DNA of 64,000 nt, from the NCBI RefSeq assembly GCF_963921235.1, contig NC_086097.1, forward strand, positions 141,298,001-141,362,000, given 5' to 3'. The notes under the pieces are model-generated. The model was not told the DNA's origin, ran no database searches, and saw only the letters and a list, made by a program, of their open reading frames with translations. Positions 33,983 through 47,326 of the stretch are shown in pieces (the stretch's first letter is position 1; every line of letters starts with the position of its first letter). The translations under genes and the position numbers were made by a program. Origin of the DNA: Mobula hypostoma (Eukaryota).

Positions 33983-35846
33983 CTTCCTCAGCGTAGAGGT
34001 CACACGAATCATTTCCAACTCAGCGAATTGGCAGCTTATGCCATAAATGCCATCACCTTTCTTCGGATAAAGAACTCTATCCAATTCCACGAAAGTTACC
34101 CGATCAGCCTCATCAACAGTGTATTCGTTTACACCCGTTGCTCGAGAACAGTGAATTGGGAGAGTATTTCCACAGGGTACGAGAGCCAAAACTGGAGACA
34201 ATAGATTTAAAGTGAGAGGGGGAAGTTCTATAACCAATCTGTGTGGTGGATTCTTCAGGGAAAGGGCGGTGGACACAGGCAACAAGCTGCCAGTGGAAGC
34301 AGAGGCAGGATCCATCGAGAGATTTAAAAGTCATTTGGGCATCTACATGGATAAGATAGGTTCAGAGATATACCGGTTAATTGCAGGTAAACGGGACTAG
34401 TTTACGTGGGAAACTTGCTCGGTAAGGACGAGTTAAGCAGAAGGGCCTGATTCTGTGCTGTAGAGCTCAATGGCCCTTAGACTTGTTTTAAATCTCTGCA
34501 CTGTCGCCAGTCAGACTCCTTTATTCCGTGAAAAACAGTCCCGACATATCCGATTGCTAAAACTAAATTCCTCCAATCCCAGAAACATACTTGTGAATTT
34601 TTTCTGCGTCCTCTCTAGTTCAATCACACACAAATAATTAAGCAATAAATACTGAGGAAATGAGGTGAATATCCTTGAAAGTGAGCCCATATGTTCTGGG
34701 AACATTTCAGTGGTGGGTCAACTGAAGTTATACCATTTGGTTGAAGAGCCTGATTGTGGAGGGGTAATACCTGTTGCTGAACCTGGTGGTGTAGTTCTGA
34801 GGCTCCTGTACGTACTTCCTGATGGGAGCAGTGAGAGGAGAGCATGATCTGCAATGTGGGGGAGGGGTGGGGTGGGTGGTGTTTCTGATGACGGATGTTG
34901 CTTTCCTTAAAACATCACTTCTTAAAACATTTCCTCACTGTGGATGTAAGTGATACTGGACTTTAGTCATTAAGGCAGGTCACCATGTTCTTCTGAGGCA
35001 ACAGAATCAGAGAAGTCTGATTGAAGCAGATGGGTACATCAGCCAAAGAGACAGGTTAAAGATCAGTGAATAGTCCCACCAGTTGATTAGCACTGGTCTT
35101 TAGTACTTGGCCAGGTATCATGTCTGGCCTAAATGATTTTCATGGGTTCATCTTGCAGAAGGCTGCCCGCACATCAGCCTCAGAGACTAAAATCACTCGA
35201 TGGTCTGGCACTGTGAGTGTTTGTGATGGTTCTTCCATGTTTTGAAGCTCAATGCAAGCAAAGAAGGCATTCCGTTCATCTGGAAGTGAGCCCTGTTGTC
35301 ACCTTTGTCACTTGATTTTACTTTATAAGAAGTGATACCATTCATGCCCTGCCACAACTATTGACTATCCTTTGGTGATTCAGGTTTAGTCTGGCAAATA
35401 AGGTGGCTTTGCCCATAAGGAGGCTTTTCAGAGAATGTACCAGGACCTTTTGTAAATTTATTGGTCACCAGACTTCAATGCTTCTGATCTGGCCCTCAAC
35501 AAATTGCTGATTTCATGATTTATACAAGGCATCTGGCGGGAGAAAACTCTGATTCAGTTTGTGGGGAGACACTCGTCTACAACTGTTTTTCTCAAGTCCA
35601 TGATGTACGTGCCCATTGAACCTGCATGGTGTAGGTGTATTTATTCAGATCCATAGATGTGTCCTTAAAAATGGCTCAGACCACTCGAAGGATTCCATAT
35701 AGCAATAACCACTCATATGCCTCCCTTGACCATCTCGTTGTTGTCCTCATCTATGGAGATTATATCCAGTTACTTGATTTGCCTCCCTCATAGCTTGACC
35801 TATCCCTCATATGGACATTGGCTTTCAGTGAATAATGTGCAAAGGC

Positions 35847-37027
35847 ACAGGACTCGGATGCAGGACCTGGGCTAGGACATGGACAAGAAACAGGGAAACC
35901 GGACAAGAAACTATGAACTAGGATCCTCTCTTGGGCTCCAAGCCAGAAACTAGACAAGGACCCAGAAACTGGGACTTGCCTCGGTCTCGGGCCCCAGAAC
36001 CAGGCAAGGACATAACATGACTACAGGACTGGAGGCTGGGTCTTGAGGTTTCAGCTTGGAGACAGGCTGGGGTCTTGAGGTTTCAACTTGGAGACAGGCT
36101 GGGGTCTTGAGGCTTGAGCTTGGAGACAGGCTGGGGTTTTGAGCCTTGAGCTTAGACACAGGCTGGGGTCTTGAGGCTGCAGGCTGGGGTCTTGTGTCTT
36201 CAGGCTGCAGGCTGAGAGCTGGGGTCTTGGAATGCGGAGACTGATAACTCGCAGGCTGGAGCTCGAAGACAGACTGGGAACTGTACATCAACATAGAGCC
36301 GGGACTTATCCTTAGACAAGCCGGGACTCATCTTTAACAGGACACCAACATGAGACTGGGCAGAACATAGACATACAGCCGGGATTCAATTTCATCTCCA
36401 CACCAAGGTGGGAAAGGTCCCTCCGTCGGGTAACAGCACATGGCCTGACTTACCCAACAGAGGCAAGGACAAGACAAGACAGATCCCCCCGCAGGACAAC
36501 GGCAGAACGGCCTGACTTATCCCACGGAGGCGAGGATAAGAAGAGACAAACATCGAAGAACGACAGACAGTTCCATCTCTGCTTCGGTGTTGTTCCGAGC
36601 TGCAGTTACGGCCAGCAACCTCAGCTGGCTACGGAAACAGCCGGATCCCTACCTAGATCGGAGTGGCTGATGGCCACTCAGTTGGTCCAAGAAACGGCCA
36701 GAATCCATACCACAACGACAACTCCGACTACTGACAGCAAGGCTCCATGAGGGGATGGTTCCCCAACGCGGCCTCAAGATGGCAAGTGGCCGCTCTAGCC
36801 TTCCACCGGCAGGTTGCTCCCAGGGGATCTTAACAAGACAAACCAGCAGCCCACAGTCGTCCACAAGGCTACTTATATTATAAGCCCCACGGTGGGAATC
36901 AAGTGCCTATGATTAACCCAACCGGAACAAGGGAAGGGACAGCCGGAAGACCCGGAAGACCCGGACTCCTGAGTCCACGGACCGGACCGTGACCCGGAAT
37001 GCGGACTTCGGGGACCGGACCATGACA
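35847..37027 (-). mobile_element. Duplicate of truncated LTR 12518-13701
   Basis: Same sequence apart from small indels. Confidence 0.8.
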
Positions 37028-39761
37028 TCACAGCAGCTCACTGCTGGTTTACTCTACCCACAGCCTGTGCCTCTTTGCCCCAAGTCCCACCTCCCGGTGG
37101 ATTTCATCGCTGGTCTGTGTCCGTCAGAAGGAAACACTATCTTCCTGGTGTTTGTGAACCAGTTCTCTAAAGCAGCCCACTTCATTGCTCTCCCCAAGCT
37201 CCCATCGGCTCAGGAAGCTGCCACTTTCTTAGTTCAGCTTGTGTTCGGGCTGCACAGCTTCCCCCGGGACAGCAGGTCCGACTAAGGAGCACATTTCCTG
37301 TCCCATTGTTGGAATGCTTTCTGTTCTCCTTAGGGATCCACAGCCAACCTTTCATCACTTTTCCACCCGCAATCTAATGGCCAGCTGGAGAGAATGAACA
37401 AGGAGCTGGAGACAATCCTGACTCGATGACCTGGAGCTCCCAACTCAGAGATTGCTCATAATAAGCTGGACTAGCATTGCATGGCAAAATGGATTCCAGC
37501 ACTGATCTTCCCAGACCGTGACTGACATGGGAGTTCCTGCTGTTGAACAGTTGGTACAAAGCTGCAAGCACACATGGAGATGGGCCAGGGCTTCCCTGCT
37601 GCAGACTCAGAAACAATATGCCCAGCAGGATTATCAGCTCCTCCGATAGGTGAGGCTTCTCAATCCAGGAAGAAGGCCTGGCTGGTATCTAGAGATCTTC
37701 CTTTGAAAGCTGGGAGACGCAAGGTTGCCCCAGGCTACCTGGGACTATTCACAGTGGGGAATGCTATCAATCGATCTTCCTAGAGACTGTGCCTGCAATT
37801 ATCTGTTAAGCTTTACCTAGTATTCCATGTTTGCAGCTCACACTGGTGACTTCCTCCCACCTTGCTCCAGTTAGACCCTCTCCCTCACTCATCTTGGTGG
37901 ATGGGTCACTTGTCTATTCCGTGCAGCGCCCCCTGGCATCTTGCACAGTGTGGGGCAGGGTCCAGCACCTAGCTGACTGGGAGAGATAGGGCCCAGAGAA
38001 TCGTTCTTGGGATCCAATTCGTGCCATCTTGGACAAGTCACTCATCCAGGACCTCCAGCGGGCACAGTCTCTCGTGCCCCTGGAGCTGTACCTCGTGGTG
38101 GGGTGGGATTGCGGGGATGGTGAGGGTGGTGATCTGTAAAAACCATGGACTCTGCTGTGGAGTGGGCAGCTGAAAGCGGTCATCAGCAATCACGCTCGTG
38201 AGAATGCACATTGCAGACAATTAGGGTTGCATTGTCGTTTTATTTAACTCCCTTCAGTCTTGTCAAGTCTTGACTGAAGCACAACGATGGCGACACCCTC
38301 CTGATTACCTTAGCCCACTTTCTAAGATACAAGACTCCAATTTAGATTGATGCCTTAAAGGAGTGGTACTAACCTACTATTAAGTTTCTCCTTCTGAAGC
38401 TCAGTGTCAGCATTAGATTTTTAGTTTGAATTTTAGTTTGTAGCCCTATTGGCTTCGCATTTATTATTTTCCTTTTATTTTGTACCGTGCTTATTATATT
38501 TCAGTTTACCCAGGGGTCAGTGTTGGGACTTCTGTCATTAATTATTCTGTAAATGATTTGGATGCGAATATATACAGCACAATGTTCACTATACCCTTAG
38601 GCTTGGTATCATCTGCAAATTTGCAGAACCAGTTTAATATATTGTCATCTAAATCATTAATATAAGTGACCTACAACAATGCATGAAGCACCGATTCCTG
38701 CAGCACAGCACTAGTCACAGACCTCCAGGCAGAGAGTCAAACACTAACCGCCGTTCTCTGGCTTCTTCCGCTAAGCCAACATCGGAATGAACTGACTACC
38801 TCATCCTGAATGCCAGGCGACTTAATCTTCTTGACGAGTCTGCCATGTCATAATTTATCAAAGGCTTTTCTGAAGACCATTTTGTTCCCTTCATCAAACT
38901 TCTTGGTAACCTCCTTAAAAAAATTCCCAATAAATTAGTTAGACATGACTTACCATGCATTAAGCCATATTGCTTAACTCTTTTCAGGCCCTTTCTATCC
39001 AAACACTGGTACATTAACATCCTATCCATTAGAAAAGCTTCCGATAATTTACCCACGACTAATGTCAGGTTCACCAGGCTCTAATTTCCTGTTTATTCTT
39101 TGAACCATTCTTAAATGTTAGCGACCCTCCAGTCCTCCAGTACCTCACCCATGGGTCAGGATGATTTAAATATTTCTGCCAGGACCCCTGTAATTTCTGC
39201 ACTGGCCTCCCACAAGTTTGAGAGGACACCTCGAGAGGGCTTTGGGACTTAATCACCCTTAATTCTTCTCAAAACAGCAAGCAATTCCTCTTCTGTAATC
39301 AGAACATGGTCCATGACCTCTAGTGTTTTGCCAGATTCTATGGTATCTGTGTCTGTCTCCTGAGTAAATACAAACACAAAAATAAAGCATTTAATATTTT
39401 TCCATATCTCTTTAAGCTTCATGCATATATGACCAACTTGATCTTCAAGGGGACCAATTTTGTCCCTTGTTATCCTCTGGCTCCCAGTACCTATAGAACC
39501 CTTGGATTCTGGTTTACCTTGTCTGCTAGAACAACCACTTATCCCTTTTCAGCCTTCCTGATCTTTCGCTTGTGTTCTCCTTCATTTCATATATTCCTCA
39601 AGTGTCCCATTTAGAGTGAGAGGGGAAAGATCTATAAGAGACCTGTGTGGTAGGTTCTTCAGTGAAAGGGCGGTGGGTACAGGCAACAAACAGCCAGAGG
39701 AAGAGATAGAGGCAGGAACCATCGAGAGATTTAAAATTCATTTGGGCATCTACATGGATAT

Positions 39762-42623
39762 AACAGGAATTCTGCAGATGCTGGAAATTCAAGCAACACA
39801 CGTCTAAGTTGCTGGTGAACGCAGCAGGCCAAGCAGCATCTATAGGAAGAGGCGCAGTCGACGTTTCAGGCCGAGACCCTTCGTCAGGACTAACTGAAGG
39901 AAGAGTGAGTAAGGGATTTGAAAGCTGGAGGAGGAGGGGGAGATGCAAAATGATAGGAGAAGACAGGAGGGGGAGGGATAGAGCCGAGAGCTGGACAGGT
40001 GATAGGCAAAAGGGGATACGAGAGGATCATGGGACAGGAGGTCCGGGAAGAAAGACGGGGGGGGGTGACCCAGAGGATGGGCAAGAGGTATATTCAGAGG
40101 GACAGAGGGAGAAAAAGGAGAGTGAGAGAAAGAATGTGTGCATAAAAATGAGTAACAGATGGGGTACGAGGGGGAGGTGGGGCCTAGCGGAAGTTAGAGA
40201 AGTCAATGTTCATGCCATCAGGTTGGAGGCTACCCAGACGGAATATAAGGTGTTGTTCCTCCAACCTGAGTGTGGCTTCATCTTTACAGTAGAGGAGGCC
40301 GTGGACAGACATGTCAGAATGGGAATGGGATGTGGAATTAAAATGTGTGGCCACTGGGAGATCCTGCTTTCTCTGGCGGACAGAGCGTAGATGTTCAGCA
40401 AAGCAGTCTCCCAGTCTGCGTCGGGTCTCACCAATATATAAAAGGCCACATCGGGAGCACCGGACGCAATATATCACCCCAGTCGACTCACAGGTGAAGT
40501 GATGCCTCACCTGGAAGGACTGTTTGGGGCCCTGAATGGTGGTAAGGGAGGAAGTGTAAGGGCATGTGTAGCACTTGTTCCGCTTACACGGATAAGTGCC
40601 AGGAGGGAGATCAGTGGGGAGGGATGGGGGGGACGAATGGACAAGGGAGTTGTGTAGGGAGCGATCCCTGCGGAATGCAGAGAGAGGGGGGGGAGGGAAA
40701 GATGTGCTTAGTGGTGGGATCCCGTTGGAGGTGGCGGAAGTTACGGAGAATAATATGTTGGACCCGGAGGCTGGTGGGGTGGTAGGTGAGGACCAGGGGA
40801 ACCCTATTCCTAGTGGGGTGGTGGGAGGATGGAGTGAGAGCAGATGTACATGAAATGGGGGAGATGCGTTTAAGAGTAGAGTTGATAGTGGAGGAAGGGA
40901 AGCCCCTTTCTTTAAAAAATGAAGACATCTCCCTCGTCCTAGAATGAAAAGCCTCATCCTGAGAGCAGATGCGGCGGAGACGGAGGAATTGCGAGAAGGG
41001 GATGGCGTTTTTGCAAGAGACAGGGTGAGAAGAGGAATAGTCCAGATAGCTGTGAGAGTCAGTAGGCTTATAGTAGACATCAGTGGATAAGCTGTCTCCA
41101 GAGACAGAGACAGAAAGATCTAGAAAGGGGAGGGAGGTGTCGGAAATGGACCAGGTAAACTTGAGGGCAGGGTGAAAGTTGGAGGCAAAGTTAATAAAGT
41201 CAACGAGTTCTGCATGCTTATCCACTGATGTCTACTATAAGCCTACTGATGCAGAACTCGTTGACTTTATTAACTTTGCCTCCAACTTTCACCCTGCCCT
41301 CAAGTTTACCTGGTCCATTTCCGACACCTCCCTCCCCTTTCTAGATCTTTCTGTCTCTGTCTCTGGAGACAGCTTATCTACTGTTGTCTACTGTAAGCCT
41401 ACTGACTCTCACAGCTATCTGGACTATTCCTCTTCTCACCCTGTCTCTTGCAAAAACGCCATCCCCTTCTCGCAATTCCTCCGTCTCCACTGCATCTGCT
41501 CTCAGGATGAGGCTTTTCATTCTAGGACGAGGGAGATGTCTTCATTTTTTAAAGAAAGGGGCTTCCCTTCCTCCACTATCAACTCTGCTCTTAAACGCAT
41601 CTCCCCCATTTCACGTACATCTGCTCTCACTCCATCCTCCCACCACCCCACTAGGAATAGGGTTCCCCTGGTCCTCACCTACCACCCCACCAGCCTCCGG
41701 GTCCAACATATTATTCTCCGTAACTTCCGCCACCTCCAACGGGATCCCACCACTAAGCACATCTTTCCCTCCCCCCCTCTCTCTGCATTCCGCAGGGATC
41801 GCTCCCTACACAACTCCCTTGTCCATTCGTCCCCCCCCCCCATCCCTCCCCACTGATCTCCCTCCTGGCACTTATCCGTGTAAGCAGAACAAGTGCTACA
41901 CATACCCTTACACTTCCTCCCTTACCACCATTCAGGGCCCCAAACAGTCCTTCCAGGTGAGGCATCACTTCACCTGTGAGTCGACTGGGGTGATATATTG
42001 CGTCCGGTGCTCCCGATGTGGCCTTTTATATATTGGTGAGACCCGACGCAGACTGGGAGACCGCTTTGCTGAACATCTACGCTCTGTCCGCCAGAGAAAG
42101 CAGGATCTCCCAGTGGCCACACATTTTAATTCCACATCCCATTCCCATTCTGACATGTCTATCCACGGCCTCCTCTACTGTAAAGATGAAGCCACACTCA
42201 GGTTGGAGGAACAACACCTTATATTCCGTCTGAGTAGCCTCCAACCTGATGGCATGAACATTGACTTCTCTAACTTCCGCTAGGCCCCACCTCCCCCTCG
42301 TACCCCATCTGTTACTCTTTTTTATGCACACATTCTTTCTCTCACTCTCCTTTTTCTCCCTCTGTCCCTCTGAATATACCTCTTGCCCATCCTCTGGGTC
42401 ACCCCCCCCCCCCGTCTTTCTTCCCGGACCTCCTGTCCCATGATCCTCTCATATCCCCTTTTGCCTATCACCTGTCCAGCTCTCGGCTCTATCCCTCCCC
42501 CTCCTGTCTTCTCCTATCATTTTGCATCTCCCCCTCCCCCTCCAGCTTTCAAATCCCTTACTCACTCTTCCTTCAGTTAGTCCTGACAAAGGGTCTCGGC
42601 CTGAAACGTCGACTGCGCCTCTT
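39762..42623. mobile_element. Duplicate of the palindromic Penelope element
   Basis: Same arms and 15-bp TSD; homopolymer length changes shift the ORFs. Confidence 0.92.
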
Positions 42624-44819
42624 CATCTACATGGATATGAAAGGTTTAGAGAAAAACAGGTGAAATGCAGGTAAACGGGACTGGTTTACGTGGGAAACTT
42701 GCTCGGTAAGGACGAGTTAGGCTGAAGGGCCTAATTCTGTGCTGTAGAGCTCAATGGCCCTTAGAATTGTTTTAAATCTCCGTACTGTCACTAGTCAGAC
42801 TCCTTTATTCCGTGGAAAACAATCACGACGTGTCCAATCGCTATAACTACAATTCTCCAATCCCAGAAACATACCTGTAAATCTTTTCTGCATCCTCTCT
42901 AGTTCATTCACATACAAATAATTAAGCAATAAATACTAAGAAAATGAGGTGAATATCCTTGACAGTGAGCCCATATGTTGTGGGAACATTTCAGTGATGG
43001 GTCAAGTGAAGTTACACAATTTGGTTCAAGAGCCTGATTGTGGAGGGGTAATACCTGTTGGTGAACCTGGTGGTGTAGTTCTGAGGCTCCTGTCCGTACT
43101 TCCTGATGGGAGCAGTGAGAGGAGAGCATGATCTGCAATGTGGTGGAGGGGTGGGGTGGGTGGTGTTTCTGATGACGGATGTTGCTTTCCTTAAAACATC
43201 ACTTCTTAAAACATTTCCTCACTGTGGATGTAAGTGATACTGGACTTTAGTCATTGAGGCAGGTCACCATGTTCCTCTGAGGCACCAGAATCAGAGAAGT
43301 CTGATTGAAGCAGATGGGTACATCAGCCAAAGACACAGGTTAAAGATCAGTGAACAGTCCAGCCAGTTGATTAACACTGGTCTTTAGTACTTGGCCAGGT
43401 ATCCTGTCTGGGCTGGATGATTTTCATGGGTTCATCTTGCAGAAGGCTGCCCGCACATCAGCCTCAGAGACTAAAATCACTCGATCGTCTGGCGCTGTGA
43501 GTGTTTGTGATGGTTCCTCCATGTTTTGACGGTCGAAGGAAGCACAGACTGCATTGCGTTCATCTGGAAGTGAGTCCTGTTGTCACCTTTGTCACTTGAT
43601 TTTACTTCATAAGAAATGATAGCATTCAAGCCCTGCCACAACTATTGACTATCCTTTGTTGATTCAGGTTTCGTCTGGGAAATAAGGAGGCTTTGCCCAT
43701 AAGGAGGCTTTCCAGAGAATGTACCAGGACCTCCTGTAACTTTATTGATCACCAGACTTGAATGTCTCTGATCTGACCCTCAGCAAATTGCTGTTTTCGT
43801 GGTTCATACGAGGCATCTGGCGGGAGAAGACTCTGAATGAGTTTGTGGGAGACACTCGTCTACAACTGTTTTTCTCAAGTCCATGATGTAGGTGCCCATT
43901 GAACCTACATGGTGTAGGTGTATTTATTCAGATCCATAGATGTGTCCTTGAAAATGGCTCAGACCACTCGTAGGATTTCCATATAGCAATAACCACTCAT
44001 ATGCCTCCCTCGACCACCACGTTGTTGTCCTTATCTCTGGAGATTATATCCAGTTCCTTGATTTGCCTCCCTCATAGCTTGACCTATCCCTCATACGGAT
44101 ATTGGCTTTCAGGGAATAATGTGCAAAGGCACCCTGGGCCCTCTGAACATACACACCTTGCAAACTGCCATCATTTGAAAGAAAGCTACTATTAAACGGG
44201 ATAGGATGACATCATATTTTGTACTGTTTATTCCCTTCAGCAACAAATATTCATTTAGATACTACAGTGTGGGGTGGGGGAAGAATGACCTGTCAGTGCA
44301 CCGCAGTGGCTGCCAGGCCAGTCGGAGTATGGCCGATTCTGTGTCTCAACAGGGAAAGGTAAAATCAGGTAGACTCAGACGAACAGCATCACAGCCATGG
44401 TGTTGATGGCATTCGGTTCATCAAACATCCCACCCAAAGGAAGGGCAGAAGTCAGCGTGAGAAGTCCTTCAGCATCTGAAAATTTCTCCTGTTTGCGGGT
44501 TAGCAGGTTAATTGATCACATTGATGGAATTGGATGACCCGGGCTTGTTGGCCCCGAAAGGCCTGTTACCGTGACGGATTTCTTCATGTTAAGCGAGAGC
44601 AAGTTCGAACCCAAAAAGTTCGTCTTATGAACTGATGTGCGATTCTAACAAAATCTCATTTTATACAGAGGAAACAATAGTGTGTCGTTTTCCAATGGGG
44701 TTGGAAGGCGTGGTCTGTGACACGTTGAGAGAAAGTGGGACGTGAAGCGTGCTGTTATTTATAACTAGCCAGGCCACGTCTAAATCCGTGTCAAATACAG
44801 TCACAACTCGACAAACACC

Positions 44820-45243
44820 ATGCGGCTGGGTTGCGTGGCTTTTGTGATACTTTTCCTCCGTTAGTTGATTGATTTTCATCCATTTACTCTCTGTTTGCTT
44901 CAGACTTTTAAACATGTTCTGACTTTGATTTCTGTTTCCACAGGCAGATGTCTCAGTGCTGAATTGATACAGTCTCCGATGTCCATCACCAAATCGCTGG
45001 GCAAAACTGCCGTCATGAAATGCGATCTGGGCACAGTGAACACGGAGAATATCTTTTGGTACCGGCAGCCAGATGGGCAACGGCCGGTCAGGATCCTCTA
45101 TTACAATAATGGGGGTAACGTACGCGACGATGGAATTGATGACAGATTTACAGCGAGAAATGATCGACAAAAACAGTATTCTCTAACTGTGACCCGTCTC
45201 GAGAAAGAGGATTCCGGCACCTATTACTGTGCCTATATAGACC
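44820..45243 (+). CDS. TRGV: TCR gamma-type V segment V4 (duplicate of V2): exons 44820-44859 and 44944-45243
   Basis: Same translation as V2, offset 23329 nt. Confidence 0.87.
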
Positions 45244-45282
45244 CACAGAGTTGACATGCAACCGGCACCGCTGACAAAAACT
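45244..45282 (+). other. 23-RSS of V4
   Basis: CACAGAG + 23 nt + ACAAAAACT. Confidence 0.95.
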
Positions 45283-46603
45283 CTTTCTCAGCGTGGAGGT
45301 CACACGAATCATTTCCGACTCAGAGATTTCGCAGCTGATGCCATAAATGCCATTACCTTTCTTCGCGTAATGAACTCTATCCATTTCCACGAAAGTTACC
45401 CGATCAGGCTCATCGACAGTCTATTCATTTACACCAGTCGCTCGAGAGTAGGGAGTTGGGAGAATATTTCCAAACGGTACGAGAGCCCAAACTAGAGGGT
45501 ATAGCTTTAAAGAGAGCGGAGAAATATCTATAGGAGACCTGTGTGGTAGGTTCTTCAGGAAAAGGGTGGTGGGTACAGTCAACAAGCTGCGAGAGGAAGA
45601 GTTAGAAGCAGGAACCATCGACAGATTTTAAAGTCATTTGGGTATCTACATGGATAGAAATGTTCAGAAAAAAGGGGAAAATCAGTTAGATAGTTACAGG
45701 AGACTCAGTACTTAGGGATTGGACAAGAGATTTGGTGGCTGTGACAAAGACGCAGAATGCTGTGCTGCTTCCCAGGTGCTAGGGTTAAGGAGGTCTCAGA
45801 GCAGCTGCAGAAGAGGTTGGGTAACCAGACAAAGGCGGATGTGTACATTGACACCAATGACATAGGTAAAAACAGGGACGAGATTTTGCACAGTAAGTAT
45901 AGGGAGAGCGGGAACAGGCCGAAGAGCATGTGTAAAATCTGGATTACTCCCAGTTCCGCGTGCTAGTTAAGGCAGACGTAGATGAGTGAGTGGTTGAGGA
46001 TCTGGTGTAGCGGCAGAGTTTCAGATTGTTGGATCATTGGGATCTCACCTAGGGAAGTTATGCCTTGTACAAAAACGATCGGTTAAACCCGAACCCAAGG
46101 GGGATCAATATCTTTGCGAGTAGGTTTGCTAGAGCTGTTGGAGAAAGTGTAAACTAAGTTAGCAAGGGATTGGGAAAGGAATGATGGGGCTGAGGATGAG
46201 GCAGTCGATGCAGTGTGTAGCGAGACAGTGAGGAAATATAGGCAGATGATACTAAGGCCGAAGCTCTCTCCTGTCAGTTTGATGTCTCTGATGTCAACGC
46301 CAATCTAGATCACATCTTTCCTCGTACAAGCAAAGCTGTTGCAGTGATTTGGGGAATAGAAACAGGTGAGGACTGCCCAACAGTCAGATCCAGGCCCAGA
46401 TGGAGAAGTTCCTAACCAGCTGTTTGTCCTTGCCCCTGTGTGTTCCTAAATCTTGGCCTGGGGTCACTCTTCCCATCTGGTTGGCCATCCAGGGATTCAA
46501 CAGACCCTGGAATTCATAAACAGATGATTTACATAGAAGATATATGTCCCAAGATGTCCACGACTTTATCTCTGCCTGTCCAATTTGTTCCCAGAACGTC
46601 ACA

Positions 46604-47326
46604 TGTCATAACGAGGTGGGTGGGGGGGGGGCATTCGGAACGGACCCAAATGCAAGACATAGACACTGAAGTACTAGGGACAGGACTGGGATGCAAGACC
46701 TGGGCTAGGATATGGACAGGAAACAGGGAAACCAGACTAGGAACTATGAACTAGGAGCCTGTCATGGAGTCCGAGCCAGAGGGACAAGGCAAGACAGATA
46801 ACCTGCAGGGCAACGGCAGAATGGCCTGACTAACCCCACAGAGGTGAGGACAAGAAGAGACAAACATTGAAGAATGACAGACAGTTCCATCTCTGCTTCA
46901 GGGTTGCTCCGAGTCGCAGTTATGGCCAGCGACCTTGGCTGGCTGCAGAAACAGCCAGATCCCTACCTAGATCGGAGAGGCTGACGGCCACTCAGCTAGT
47001 CCGGGAAGTGGTCGGAACCATACCACAAAGACAGCTCCGACTACTGACAGCAAGGCTCAATGAGGGGACGGTTCCCCAATGCGGCCTAAAGATGGCAAGT
47101 GGCTGCTCTAGCCTTCCACTGGCAGGTTGCTTCCAGGGGATCGCAACAAGACAAACCAGCAGTCCACAGTCGTCTGCAAGGATACTTATATTCCAAGCCC
47201 CAAGTTGGGAATCAGGTGCCTATGATTAACCCAACCAAAACAAGGGACGGCTGGAAGACCCGGAGTCCTAAGTCCACAGACCGGACCGTGACCCAGAATG
47301 CGGACTTCACGGACTGGACCATGACA
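46604..47326 (-). mobile_element. Duplicate solo LTR with TCACA TSD
   Basis: Offset 23329 nt from 23275-23997. Confidence 0.9.

Larger units (their letters stand above)
10702..34107 (+). repeat. Segmental tandem duplication, copy 1 (about 23.3 kb)
   Basis: ORF track and sequence recur at offsets of 23326-23330 nt with only a handful of differences seen. Confidence 0.97.
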
